A stretch of DNA of 64,000 nucleotides, filler included, from Reclinomonas americana ATCC 50394 (taxonomy: Eukaryota), in the NCBI GenBank assembly GCA_048213135.1. It is 8 parts of 5 records of this genome, joined end to end, with 100 filler letters (N's around TTAATTAATTAA, not from the genome) between each part and the next. Parts side by side here need not be neighbours in the genome. Positions count along the whole stretch, not along the records: positions 1 to 14,502 come from PS015695.1; positions 14,603 to 35,640 come from PS015695.1; 6 more parts are not named here. The stretch is one strand, 5' to 3'. Shown here piece by piece: positions 9,523 to 20,216 of the stretch. The position numbers were made by a program, and so were the translations under genes. The notes under the pieces are model-generated. The model did no database searches. It was not told the DNA's origin and was given only the letters and a program-made list of their open reading frames with translations. The stretch's first letter is position 1, and each line of letters opens with the position of its first letter.

Positions 9523-12195
9523 TTAAACCAAAACAGCCTTGGCTGGTTCTTCGAGTGCATTACGAACTTTCGCGGCTGCCTTACCTCGGCTCTTGTAGTC
9601 CGCCTGGAAGGTATCGAGCGCCTGGACGTCGACCAGCATCTCCGCGGGCGTTGGGACTGGAATGTCCCGGCCGGCGGGCATGTCGTGGCCTGATCGCTCC
9701 GAAACATGCTTCATCGCGAAGAAAATGGCCTTGTAGTCTTCATCGGACACACTTAATGCGCTGAGCCGCTTCGTCATCACGTCCGGCACCAGACGCTCGA
9801 CCGTCTTGTTCAGAACCACCTCCTCGACGCTCCGCTCCCAGGTCTCGCGGAGATCGGAATAGAAATCCTTGGCCAGGCGCCGGTAGGTCTCGGATGTGAA
9901 ATCGGTCGTGCCAGAGAGCTGTTTGGCTCTGGCTCGAAGATCGGTGATACGAGCGCTGACACTGCGGGCCAGCCAGGGGTCAGTGTCCTCCTCGACGACA
10001 CCAAATCCGTCGGCTTCTGTTTTCCGGATGACCATTTTGATGAGTGGAGCCGCATCGCCAGCCTTGGCGGTCTGGGCAACAACCTCGTTGAAGAATACGA
10101 GGCTGTGAGTGAAGATGATGACCTGTCGACCTTTCGCGGCCTCTTGCACCAGCCGCTCGGCGACGAGCCGGATTCTTCGCTGATCCAACGACGACACGGG
10201 GTCGTCTACAATCAAGCCATAGCCTTTACCTTCGTCGCCGATTTCGGCAAGAAAGCAGGCGAGCGCCAGCGCGCGCTGCTCGCCCTCGCTGAGAATCTGA
10301 TTACTTGCGATCTTGTCGATGCCCTGCAAGCTGACCGCGAACCGGCTTTGGCCTTGTTCACTGCTGTCGCTAACGCGGAAAGGAATGTGATTGAGGTCGA
10401 GCTTTTGGATTTCAGCCTGGATGCGCTTTTGCAGGCTATCGGTCACCAGCTTGCGGCGAAGCGCGCTGATCTGAATCGATATCGCCCTGGTCTGCACTTG
10501 GACCTGGCAGGCCTTTACCGCAGCGAGTTCCCGAAGTTCAACGAGACGCTGCAATACGACAGGCAAATCATTCTGAAGCTTGAATCGGTCCTTCAACAAC
10601 GCGATTCGAGCACGATCAGCATCGAGCGCCGAGGCATGCGTTGCGCTTGCATCCAACTGGGCCGCCTCGGTGCCGAGCTTTTCGATATCGGCGGAAAGGG
10701 CTGATCGCAGAGACGGTGGAAGCGGAGCCAATTCCTGGTCTGGATCGGAAATACGCGCGAGAAGATTGCCGCGCCTTGCAGCAAAGGCTGTGAGGGACGT
10801 CTCAATCTGGCTGAGCAAACTGGCGCGTGAGCCGTCTAGGCCTGCGTAGGCGGTCAAGGTTCCAGCTACGACGTCGGTCGGCGGGACGGTCAACGATTCC
10901 AGTGCTTCCCTGGCCTTTCCAAGCTCGTCTCGCGCGGCGTCCGCACGCTTTGCCGCTTCGCTTTGAACGAACGCATTGAACCGAGCCATGCGTTTCGCGG
11001 CTTCGTCGCTGAGCGGCTCCTGGCATAATGGGCAGGGGCTGCCCGCATGGTCGGATATCCGATCAGCGGGCCCCCCGGAAAGGATAGCAAAATCCCGAGC
11101 GGCTTCATAAAGCAGCCGCCATGCGTCGCCCCCGACGAGATTCAAAGGCTCAGCTGCAAACTGTTGGCTTGCCGCCAGCCCGGCCGCGGCGGCCGTGGTG
11201 CTGGCATTCTGCGCCAAACCCGCAAGCTGCCGTCCGACTTCATCGGACAAACCCTCTTCAAGCGATTTCAGCACGTCGTTGAGACGGGCCAAGAGCTGCA
11301 TCGCACGCTTGCGCGTCGCAGCCTGCGCGACGGGATCTTGCGCAAGCTTGCGCTCAAGCCCGCCTAACTCCCCCAGTTCCGCCTCGCTTAGGCCGGCGAG
11401 CTTTTCGATTTCGGATTTTTCCGGAAGCGTCCGGGACTTTGCCTCAAGCTGCCCAAACAGCTTTTGCATCGTCCCACCGGGTGCGTAGCCAGCGGGGAGG
11501 GGTGTCTTGAGACGCTTTTCGATCGCCGTCTGCTGGATCGAAAACTCAGCGCCGAAGGCAGTGCATAGCTGCCCATGGTGCTCGAGAACCGCGATCTCGA
11601 CTGGAAGGTATGCTATCCGGTTTTGCTGGTCGACGTAGAGGCGGGCATTTCGGCTGTCGAAGACCGAAATTTGCTTCAACGCGCCTGGTGGTTTGGTGTC
11701 CGGCGCCCAGTCCAATTCCGTAATGGCCGCGTCTCCGAGCTGGAAACGAAGTTTGACCTGCATAGGCTCGTCAGGCTTCGGCTTGAAAACATCTCCTTTG
11801 AGCTCGTCGATCGATAGGCTGCGGCAGAGGCGTTTTGCTATCCTGGCATATCCGCTCTTCCCACTGCCGTTTTCACCGAAGATCAGCGTGACACCGCGGG
11901 GCGCAAAGCGCAGCTGCTGATCTTTGGCCAGGCGATCGATATTTTGCAGCGGTCCGATCGACGCCAGCGCCGCGCGGGGGCCGATCTCTGAACACTGGGA
12001 CAGGTGTTCCCCGGTGATCGGCTCACAATCTGGCGCCGTTCCAACTCCGCCGGCTTCATGCTTGAGCCGCTCCAGGACGGCCGCGCGGTCCTCGTCCCGA
12101 ATGATAAATTCGCTCGTCGTGGCGATTCGGCGAAGGGCGTCACGCGCCCAATCGGGTTGGTTCGCCGCCCATTCGATCAGGCTTACGTCCGCCAT
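9523..12195 (-). CDS. Rad50/SbcC/RloC-like ABC ATPase with zinc hook (890 aa)
   Basis: Walker A GENGSGKS, coiled coil with CPLC hook, signature LSEGEQR, Walker B/D-loop VDDPVSSLD, H-loop FTH, and a helical C-terminal domain of about 150 aa. Confidence 0.85.
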   Translation of the reverse strand: MADVSLIEWAANQPDWARDALRRIATTSEFIIRDEDRAAVLERLKHEAGGVGTAPDCEPITGEHLSQCSEIGPRAALASIGPLQNIDRLAKDQQLRFAPRGVTLIFGENGSGKSGYARIAKRLCRSLSIDELKGDVFKPKPDEPMQVKLRFQLGDAAITELDWAPDTKPPGALKQISVFDSRNARLYVDQQNRIAYLPVEIAVLEHHGQLCTAFGAEFSIQQTAIEKRLKTPLPAGYAPGGTMQKLFGQLEAKSRTLPEKSEIEKLAGLSEAELGELGGLERKLAQDPVAQAATRKRAMQLLARLNDVLKSLEEGLSDEVGRQLAGLAQNASTTAAAAGLAASQQFAAEPLNLVGGDAWRLLYEAARDFAILSGGPADRISDHAGSPCPLCQEPLSDEAAKRMARFNAFVQSEAAKRADAARDELGKAREALESLTVPPTDVVAGTLTAYAGLDGSRASLLSQIETSLTAFAARRGNLLARISDPDQELAPLPPSLRSALSADIEKLGTEAAQLDASATHASALDADRARIALLKDRFKLQNDLPVVLQRLVELRELAAVKACQVQVQTRAISIQISALRRKLVTDSLQKRIQAEIQKLDLNHIPFRVSDSSEQGQSRFAVSLQGIDKIASNQILSEGEQRALALACFLAEIGDEGKGYGLIVDDPVSSLDQRRIRLVAERLVQEAAKGRQVIIFTHSLVFFNEVVAQTAKAGDAAPLIKMVIRKTEADGFGVVEEDTDPWLARSVSARITDLRARAKQLSGTTDFTSETYRRLAKDFYSDLRETWERSVEEVVLNKTVERLVPDVMTKRLSALSVSDEDYKAIFFAMKHVSERSGHDMPAGRDIPVPTPAEMLVDVQALDTFQADYKSRGKAAAKVRNALEEPAKAVLV

Positions 12196-12324
12196 GGCCC
12201 CCGCATTCGCCCTTGTATCCAGTCAGGTTTTTGGAGCTTAGCCGCGAGGAGAATGTTCGTCACGCGCTCTAGTTGTAAAGATTGCTGTCGGCGAGCGGAT
12301 GCAGGTCGGCTAAGGAAATGGATC

Positions 12325-14498
12325 GTGACTTATCGCTTCATCCACACTGCTGACATTCACCTGGATTCGCCGCTGCGCTCCCTCGCGCTGCGCAATCCGG
12401 AGTTGGCTGAGCTCATCGGCAACGCCACACGGCAAGCCTTCGTGCGGATCATCGACCTCTGCCTCGCGGAGCAGGTCGATGCGCTGCTGATCGCCGGCGA
12501 TCTCTACGACGGCGACCAGAGCTCCATGAAGACGGCGCGCTTTCTGGCCGAGCAGCTGCGGCGGCTGGATCAGGCCGGCATCCCGCACCTTNNNNNNNNN
12601 NNNNNNNNNNNNNNNNNNNNNNNNNNNNNNNNNNNNNNNNNNNNNNNNNNNNNNNNNNNNNNNNNNNNNNNNNNNNNNNNNNNNNNNNNNNNNNNNNNNN
12701 NNNNNNNNNNNNNNNNNNNNNNNNNNNNNNNNNNNNNNNNNNNNNNNNNNNNNNNNNNNNNNNNNNNNNNNNNNNNNNNNNNNNNNNNNNNNNNNNNNNN
12801 NNNNNNNNNNNNNNNNNNNNNNNNNNNNNNNNNNNNNNNNNNNNNNNNNNNNNNNNNNNNNNNNNNNNNNNNNNNNNNNNNNNNNNNNNNNNNNNNNNNN
12901 NNNNNNNNNNNNNNNNNNNNNNNNNNNNNNNNNNNNNNNNNNNNNNNNNNNNNNNNNNNNNNNNNNNNNNNNNNNNNNNNNNNNNNNNNNNNNNNNNNNN
13001 NNNNNNNNNNNNNNNNNNNNNNNNNNNNNNNNNNNNNNNNNNNNNNNNNNNNNNNNNNNNNNNNNNNNNNNNNNNNNNNNNNNNNNNNNNNNNNNNNNNN
13101 NNNNNNNNNNNNNNNNNNNNNNNNNNNNNNNNNNNNNNNNNNNNNNNNNNNNNNNNNNNNNNNNNNNNNNNNNNNNNNNNNNNNNNNNNNNNNNNNNNNN
13201 NNNNNNNNNNNNNNNNNNNNNNNNNNNNNNNNNNNNNNNNNNNNNNNNNNNNNNNNNNNNNNNNNNNNNNNNNNNNNNNNNNNNNNNNNNNNNNNNNNNN
13301 NNNNNNNNNNNNNNNNNNNNNNNNNNNNNNNNNNNNNNNNNNNNNNNNNNNNNNNNNNNNNNNNNNNNNNNNNNNNNNNNNNNNNNNNNNNNNNNNNNNN
13401 NNNNNNNNNNNNNNNNNNNNNNNNNNNNNNNNNNNNNNNNNNNNNNNNNNNNNNNNNNNNNNNNNNNNNNNNNNNNNNNNNNNNNNNNNNNNNNNNNNNN
13501 NNNNNNNNNNNNNNNNNNNNNNNNNNNNNNNNNNNNNNNNNNNNNNNNNNNNNNNNNNNNNNNNNNNNNNNNNNGGCCGCGCCGAGGCGCTGGAGCTTCC
13601 GGGCCCGGCCGGGCGGGTCCCGATCGTGATCCATGGGCTGAGCTTCGCGCAGCCCCACGCTCCGGAGAGCCTGCTCGGCAAGTATCGGCCGCTGGTCGAG
13701 GGTGCGGTCAATATCGGCATGCTGCACACCAGCCTGGCCGGCACCCCGGGCCACGACCTCTATGCGCCCTGCAGCCTGGCCGACCTTCGGACGACGGGGT
13801 TTCGCTACTGGGCGCTCGGCCATATCCACAAGCGCGCCGTCATCGACGATGCCTGCCTGATCGCGATGCCGGGCATGCCGCAGGGCCGCGACATCAACGA
13901 GGCCGGTCCGAAATCCGTATCGCTGGTCACGGTCGGCGACGACCGCTCGATCACGATCGAAGAGCGCGTGACCAGCGTCGCGCAGTTCGAGCGGGTCACG
14001 GTCGACGCGACCGGAATCGAGGATTGGCGGGAGCTGGTCTCCGGTGTCGCGCGGGCCCTGGAGACGACACGCAGCGCGGTCGATTCCGCGCATCTCGTCG
14101 CGCGGCTGCAGGTCGTGGGAGCAACATCCCTGGCCTGGCGCATTCGCCGCGACATGGATCTGCTGAAGACCGAGGCCGACGACCGGGCTGCCGTCATCGG
14201 CTCATGCTGGGTGGAAAAGCTCGAGATCGCCTGTCATCCGCCTGCGCTGCCGGGGGAGACGAGCGGCGATCCACTGACCGACCTCCACCGCCTGATCGAG
14301 GAGCAGATCCTCGGCTCCGATGCCTTCGCTGCTACGCTGGCCGGCATGGCGGAGGAAATCCGGGCACAGCTTCCGCAGGAATGCCGCGACGTGCTGGGCG
14401 CCGACGAGGAGGCCTTCCGCGCCCATCTCGCGCGCATCGCCCGCGATGGCGCGGAGACGGTGGTCGCGCGGCTGCAGGCAGCGGGGGAGGGCAGCTGA
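12325..14498 (+). CDS. SbcD/Mre11-like DNA repair metallophosphoesterase (YhaO-like), spanning an N gap
   Basis: GTG start; HTADIHLD and AGDLYD before the gap; LHTS, YWALGHIH and PGMPQGRDINE after it. Confidence 0.88.
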
Positions 14499-15374
14499 AT
14501 GCNNNNNNNNNNNNNNNNNNNNNNNNNNNNNNNNNNNNNNNNNNNNTTAATTAATTAANNNNNNNNNNNNNNNNNNNNNNNNNNNNNNNNNNNNNNNNNN
14601 NNCGAAGCCGAGCGCGACATCTGCGAGGCGATGCGCAGCGACGACCTCGCCAGCGCCGAGGCGGCGCTCGCCCGCGCGGCTCGCCCGGCGCTGGAGACCG
14701 AATGGAACGAGCTGAAGGTGCGCTTCGAGGATCAGGACCGGCGCTGCCACGAGCTCTTCGCCGCCCGCGCGACGGCGATCGACCAGGTCGAGGCGATCGG
14801 CGGCGATGCCCGAGTTGCCGAGATCGAAGAGCGCCGCCGGACCACCTTGCTGGAGATCGAGGACGGGGCGCTGCGCTATCTGCAATTGCGCGCCGGCATC
14901 GCCGCGGCGGAGCAGGCCCTCACGATCTATCGCGAGCGCCATCGCAGCTCCATGATGGAGCAGGCCTCGGCCGCGTTCCGGACGATCAGCCGGGGCGCCT
15001 ATTCCGGCCTCGCGGCGCAGCCCGGCAAGGATGGCGAGACGCTGATCGCCCTTGCAACCGGCGGCGGCTCGAAGGCCGCGGACGAGCTTTCGAAGGGCAC
15101 GCGCTTCCAGCTCTATCTCGCGTTGCGCGTCGCCGGGTATCATGAATTCGCAAAGGCGCGGCGCGCTGTGCCCTTCGTGGCCGACGACATCATGGAGACC
15201 TTCGACGATTTCCGCGCCGAAGAGGCGTTTCGCCTGTTCGCGGACATGGCACGGAGCGGGCAGGTCATCTACCTGACCCACCACCAGCATCTCTGCGAGA
15301 TCGTCCAGCGCGTCTGCCCGACGGCGCGACTGCACACATTGGATGCGCCAGATTTATCGCGTCGGATAACGTGA
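14499..15374 (+). CDS. YhaN/SbcC-like AAA ATPase; start codon and C-terminal part only, middle missing at contig join
   Basis: ATG immediately after the sbcD-like stop. The next contig reads LSKGTRFQLYLALR, PFVADDIMETFDD and QVIYLTHH. Confidence 0.82.
14547..14558. other. artificial contig spacer TTAATTAATTAA (also at 35685, 47346, 51638, 55478, 60103, 62687)
   Basis: Identical 12-mer with stops in all six frames, centred in N runs of equal length, seen 7 times. Confidence 0.97.
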
Positions 15375-15574
15375 GAACCGCCTCAACAAGGTCCGCTTGG
15401 GGCCGAAGAGAAACCAGTCGTCGAGCTCATGACTGTCCGGGTGATTAGGCATTCGGACGTACCCGCAGCGGTGCTCATACCTTCAGGATGACCTGAGCTA
15501 GTTTGGCCGACGAGACCGGGAATGAGGCAGGCAGTCATGCGATTGCCTCACCGTTCCCAGCTCACAAACGTGGG

Positions 15575-15784
15575 CTAGAGCGTGCGCAACTGATCTGCGG
15601 AATTCCGGCCTGACCGCTTATCCTGGACGAGCTCGTAGGCGATCTTCTGGCCGTCGCGGAGCTCACGAAGTCCGGCGCGCTCGACTGCGCTTATATGGAC
15701 AAACACATCTTGCCCGCTCTCGTCGGGCTGGATGAACCCGAAGCCCTTTGTCGCATTGAACCATTTCACGGTACCTGTTGCCAT
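15575..15784 (-). CDS. cspA: cold-shock protein, CspA family
   Basis: MATGTVKWFNATKGFGFIQPD...DVFVHISAV; AAGGAG RBS. Confidence 0.95.
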   Translation of the reverse strand: MATGTVKWFNATKGFGFIQPDESGQDVFVHISAVERAGLRELRDGQKIAYELVQDKRSGRNSADQLRTL

Positions 15785-15890
15785 CGAGCACGTCTCCTTG
15801 AGGCGGGTGCAGCTTCGCACACTCGTTGCCATGGGCAAGCCGTCAAAAATGCAATGTTGGAGCGAATTTATCTGAGCGGATAGGCGCCGA

Positions 15891-16088
15891 TCACGGCCGC
15901 CAATCGCGATCCCGCCGCGCTGCTTGTTCAAGTTCTTGCTGTGTCAGGAGAACGCCCTTGCGGAAAGCGGCACACGACCTGAGGCCTGACCGGGATTGCA
16001 CTTCCTTCAGTTTTTCGAGCGCCTCGGTAGCTGAGGCGGTGCGATGCGCTAGCTTCTCGTTACGAACGACAGCTTTGATCTGATACAA
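15891..16088 (-). CDS. small hypothetical protein
   Basis: 65-aa ORF with a GAGGA RBS before TTG; co-oriented with csp. Confidence 0.45.
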   Translation of the reverse strand: MYQIKAVVRNEKLAHRTASATEALEKLKEVQSRSGLRSCAAFRKGVLLTQQELEQAARRDRDWRP

Positions 16089-16329
16089 AATTTGTCCTCG
16101 GGCATAGGGTGCGAGCCTTGTAGAGAGATGGGCCGCAAAAGAAAGATCGATGGCCTGATCGTCAACTGGTAGTTGACCAGGTTGTCCTCAACGAGGCCGC
16201 GGCGAGATCTCGCGGCGCAAATAGAATTGGTCCATGTTGGGTTCTAACGTTGACGTGATTCGTTCGTGAAAATAATAGCCGCGCCTGAATCGCAATCGAT
16301 ACTGCGTCAAATTGCAGTTGGAGAATACA

Positions 16330-16755
16330 ATGTCAGAAGCCAACCACGAGATTATCGGCCTCGTTGCCGATATCGTATCGGCCTACGTTTCGAATAATAG
16401 CGTTCCCGCGGCGGATCTTCCCGCGCTGATCGCTACCACGCATTCGGCGATCACAGGCTTGGGCAAGGAGCCGCCGGCGCCGACGCCGACCGAAAAGGCC
16501 GCACCGGCAGTGTCGATCAAAAAGTCGATCACGGCTGACTTCTTGATCTGCCTTGAGGATGGAAAGAAATTCAAATCGCTGAAGCGCCATCTGCGCACGG
16601 CTTATGACATGACGCCGGATCAGTATCGCGCGAAGTGGGGCCTCCCGCCGGACTACCCGATGGTCGCCCCCTCATACGCTGAAGCGCGCTCGAACCTGGC
16701 GAAGTCCATGGGGCTTGGGCAGCGGCGGAAGCGGACGCGTGGCAAGACCGCATAG
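16330..16755 (+). CDS. mucR: Ros/MucR zinc-finger transcriptional regulator
   Basis: ADIVSAYVSNN, ICLEDGKKFKSLKRHL and YPMVAPSY. Confidence 0.95.
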   Translation: MSEANHEIIGLVADIVSAYVSNNSVPAADLPALIATTHSAITGLGKEPPAPTPTEKAAPAVSIKKSITADFLICLEDGKKFKSLKRHLRTAYDMTPDQYRAKWGLPPDYPMVAPSYAEARSNLAKSMGLGQRRKRTRGKTA

Positions 16756-16832
16756 GTTGCCACTGTGCCGGAGGTCCCGGAGCCGGCGACGTTTGCTCCT
16801 CCGCGCCGACTTCGGAAAACCGCAGCAGAGCA

Positions 16833-17825
16833 ATGAAAACGGCGTCCGCTCAGATTGACCTGTTTGACGACGCACCCGGCTACAGGGAAGCGCCTCGGCC
16901 AGCCCCGCGAAAGCGCGGAGCCCATGCGCCTTCGCTGCCGGCAGGTTGGAACGAGGAAGAAGCTGCGCAGCGGCTAGAGCAGCGCGGTCGCTACAGGGTT
17001 CTGCGCAAACTCGTGCCGCGCACTGTGATCCCGCGGGCGGAGAGCGCGTTTCCAAACCTTGCGGTTCTGGTCGATACGGAGACGACAGGGCTCAATCACG
17101 CCAAGGACGAGATCATCGAAATTGGAGCTGTCGCCTTCACCTACGACGACGAGGGAGCGGTCGGCGACGTCGTGGGCATTTATAGCGGCCTGCGTCAGCC
17201 CTCGGATCCGATCCCAGCGGAGATTACGCGACTGACGGGCATCACCGACGAGATGGTCGCCGGTCTTGAGATCGATGTTGCAGCGCTGGATGCTCTTATC
17301 GAGCCTGCTGATCTTGTGATCGCCCACAATGCAGCGTTCGACCGGCCGTTCTGCGAAAGGCTCTCGCCAGCCTTCGGATCGAAGGCGTGGGCGTGTTCGG
17401 TCAAGGAGATCCCCTGGGCGGATCTTGGCTTCGAGGGAAACAAGCTCGGATACCTCGTTGGCCAATCTGGTCTGTTCCATGAGGGCCACCGCGCGACGGA
17501 TGATTGCCACGCGCTGTTGGAGGTGCTGGCGCGGCCGGTCGGGGAGGGTGGTACGCCGCCGTTCACGCAGCTCTTACGATCAAGCGAGCGTAGCCGCGTC
17601 CGCATCTATGCTGACAATGCGCCGTTCGACATGAAGGACCACCTCAAAGGCAGAGGCTATCGCTGGTCGGATGGAAGCGACGGCAGGCCGAGAGCCTGGT
17701 GGATCGAGATCGATGACGAGCTCGAAGAGGAGGAGCTCCGCTATCTCCGCACCGAGATTTATTGCTGGGAGGACGCGGAACCGCTGATCCAGCGGCTTAC
17801 GGCGCTCGATCGATATCGAGCCTAG
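16833..17825 (+). CDS. DEDDh 3'-5' exonuclease (DNA polymerase III epsilon-like)
   Basis: VDTETTG, AHNAAFD and HRATDDC. Confidence 0.9.
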   Translation: MKTASAQIDLFDDAPGYREAPRPAPRKRGAHAPSLPAGWNEEEAAQRLEQRGRYRVLRKLVPRTVIPRAESAFPNLAVLVDTETTGLNHAKDEIIEIGAVAFTYDDEGAVGDVVGIYSGLRQPSDPIPAEITRLTGITDEMVAGLEIDVAALDALIEPADLVIAHNAAFDRPFCERLSPAFGSKAWACSVKEIPWADLGFEGNKLGYLVGQSGLFHEGHRATDDCHALLEVLARPVGEGGTPPFTQLLRSSERSRVRIYADNAPFDMKDHLKGRGYRWSDGSDGRPRAWWIEIDDELEEEELRYLRTEIYCWEDAEPLIQRLTALDRYRA

Positions 17826-17893
17826 CCGGCGTTCATTCGGGCAGACGCTCGGCTGTGGATTTTGCCTCGGAGCTTGACTCCTCGAAGGCGATC

Positions 17894-17908
17894 GTTCTCA
17901 TAATGTTC
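17894..17908 (+). promoter_or_regulatory. alphaproteobacterial LexA (SOS) box
   Basis: GTTC-TCATAAT-GTTC, a perfect GTTC-N7-GTTC, 20 nt upstream of the ATG at 17929. Confidence 0.8.
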
Positions 17909-17928
17909 TCATTCTTGAGGACGCAACC

Positions 17929-18150
17929 ATGCCCCCGGTCGTGCTGAAACAGGCGCCTGCTCCGAAGCCTATGGAGCAACAGATCGATTCCGTACTGGCG
18001 CAGTTCGAGGGCGATGCCCGGGCTGCTATTGAGGCTCTGCTTCACAACCGTGATGAGCTGTTGCGAGATGCCGATCGGGCAGCCTCGCTGGGCTTCCTTC
18101 GCGGTCGTTTCTCGGAAGGAGCGCGGCCGGTTCGGGAATTGAAGGCATGA
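17929..18150 (+). CDS. small hypothetical protein, first gene of SOS operon
   Basis: GAGGA RBS; ATGA overlap with the helicase. Confidence 0.7.
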   Translation: MPPVVLKQAPAPKPMEQQIDSVLAQFEGDARAAIEALLHNRDELLRDADRAASLGFLRGRFSEGARPVRELKA

Positions 18151-20216
18151 ATGCCATTGCCCCGATCAGCTATCTCGACGCGCTCAACCCGGCCCAGCGC
18201 CGCGCGGTGATCCATGGCGTTGGCGCGGTGGCGTCCTCGCCCCTGCTTGTCATCGCGGGTGCCGGCTCGGGCAAGACCAACACGCTTGCGCATCGGGTCG
18301 CCCATCTCATGGTCAGCGGCTCGGATCCGCGGCGAATTCTGCTGATGACCTTCTCACGCCGGGCTGCGTCTGAGATGGCAAAGCGAGTCGAGCGGATCGC
18401 CCGAAAGGTTCTCGGCGAAGGTGCCGGCGTCCTGGCCGACGCCCTGACCTGGGCTGGCACCTTCCATGGCATCGGCGCGCGCCTGCTGCGCGATTATGCC
18501 GAGCAGCTTGGCCTTGATCCCGCTTTCACGATCCACGATCGGGAGGACTCGGCCGACCAGATGAACCTGGTCCGGCACGAGCTCGGCTTCTCCAAGACAG
18601 AGTCGCGGTTTCCGACGAAGGGCACCTGCCTGGCCATCTATTCGCGGTGCGTGAATGCCGAGCTGCCAATCGAAGAGGTTCTTCGCCTGTCCTATCCCTG
18701 GTGCGCAACTTGGGCCGCCGAGCTGAAAGAGCTCTTCGCTGCCTATGTGGAGGCCAAGCAGAGCCAGAACGTCCTGGATTACGACGACCTGCTTCTCTAC
18801 TGGGCCCAGGCTGTAACCGGTCCAGATATCGCAGCGGACATAGGTGGCCGGTTCGACCACGTCATGGTCGACGAGTACCAGGATACCAACCGGCTCCAGT
18901 CCTCGATCCTGCTCGCGCTCAAGCCCGACGGCCGCGGGGTTACGGTGGTCGGAGATGATGCCCAATCGATCTATTCGTTCCGCGCCGCGACAGTCCGCAA
19001 CATCCTCGACTTCCCCGCCGCCTTCGTGCCGCCGGCTGAGGTCATCACGCTCGATCAGAACTACCGCTCGACCAGCGCCATTCTCTCTGCTGCGAATGCC
19101 GTTATCGATCTGGCAGTCGAGCGTTTCACCAAGAACCTCTGGACGGATCGCGCGACCGGCTCGCCGCCGCAGCTTGTCCATGTGCGAGACGAAGCTGATC
19201 AGGCACGCTTCATCGCCGAGAAGGTGCTGGAGAACCGGGAGGGCGGTTCGACGCTGAAGCAGCAGGCCGTCCTGTTCCGCGCGTCGCATCACAGCGGCCC
19301 ACTCGAAATCGAGCTCACGCGCCGGAATATCCCCTTCGTCAAATTCGGCGGCCTCAAGTTCCTGGACAGCGCCCACATCAAGGATCTCCTGGCGCTGCTG
19401 CGCTTCGTGGAGAATCCGCGCGATAAGGTCTCGGGCTTCCGGGTCCTGCAGCTCCTGCCGGGCGTGGGCCCGACATCGGCCCAGCGCGTCCTTGAGCATG
19501 TGGCACAGGCTTCAATGCCCCTCGAGGCTCTTGAGAACGCGCCTGCTCCGCCGCGGTCTGGCGACGACTGGTCGTCGTTCATCGCCGCGGTAGGTGAGCT
19601 GCGCGCCGGCACGGCGGGTTGGCCGGCAGAGATTGAGCGGGCTCGCCGCTGGTACGAGCCCCACTTGGAGCGGATCCATGAGGACGCCAGCACCAGGCAG
19701 GCCGATCTCGTGCAGCTCGAACAGATAGCGGGCGGTTACCCGTCGCGTGAGCGCTTCCTGACAGAACTGACGCTCGACCCGCCGGATGCGACCAGCGATC
19801 AGGCCGGCGTGCCGCGTCTCGACGAGGACTACCTCATCCTGTCGACGATCCATTCCGCCAAGGGGCAGGAATGGAAGTCGGTCTTCGTCATGAATACGGT
19901 CGATGGCTGCATTCCGATCGACCTTGGCGCTGGCGCGCGGGACGAGATCGAGGAGGAGCGTCGCCTGCTCTATGTCGCGATGACCCGAGCCAAAGACGAT
20001 CTACATCTCGTCGTGCCGCAGCGCTTCTTCACGCACGGCCAGTCCGCTACAGGCGATCGTCATGTCTACGCCAACCGCACCCGCTTCATCCCCAATGCGC
20101 TGCTCGGTCAGTTCGAACGGACGGCCTGGCCCATCGCGGTGGCAGACGCGCAGCGGATGCCCTCAGGCGGGCCGAAGGTGGATGTCAGGGCCAAGATGCG
20201 AGGCATGTGGCGATGA
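18147..20216 (+). CDS. UvrD/Rep superfamily 1 helicase
   Basis: LNPAQ, AGAGSGKT, VDEYQD, VGDDAQSIY, QNYRS, STIHSAKGQEW and YVAMTRA. Confidence 0.95.
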   Translation: MNAIAPISYLDALNPAQRRAVIHGVGAVASSPLLVIAGAGSGKTNTLAHRVAHLMVSGSDPRRILLMTFSRRAASEMAKRVERIARKVLGEGAGVLADALTWAGTFHGIGARLLRDYAEQLGLDPAFTIHDREDSADQMNLVRHELGFSKTESRFPTKGTCLAIYSRCVNAELPIEEVLRLSYPWCATWAAELKELFAAYVEAKQSQNVLDYDDLLLYWAQAVTGPDIAADIGGRFDHVMVDEYQDTNRLQSSILLALKPDGRGVTVVGDDAQSIYSFRAATVRNILDFPAAFVPPAEVITLDQNYRSTSAILSAANAVIDLAVERFTKNLWTDRATGSPPQLVHVRDEADQARFIAEKVLENREGGSTLKQQAVLFRASHHSGPLEIELTRRNIPFVKFGGLKFLDSAHIKDLLALLRFVENPRDKVSGFRVLQLLPGVGPTSAQRVLEHVAQASMPLEALENAPAPPRSGDDWSSFIAAVGELRAGTAGWPAEIERARRWYEPHLERIHEDASTRQADLVQLEQIAGGYPSRERFLTELTLDPPDATSDQAGVPRLDEDYLILSTIHSAKGQEWKSVFVMNTVDGCIPIDLGAGARDEIEEERRLLYVAMTRAKDDLHLVVPQRFFTHGQSATGDRHVYANRTRFIPNALLGQFERTAWPIAVADAQRMPSGGPKVDVRAKMRGMWR

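Noticed and set aside
12255..12269. LexA box GTTC-N7-GCTC between the ABC ATPase and sbcD-like genes
   Set aside because: One mismatch in an 8-base motif can easily arise by chance.
12592..13574. IS inside the sbcD-like gene
   Set aside because: The gap is larger than the missing GNHD-containing segment, but no target duplication or IS end is visible. Gap size may simply be misestimated.
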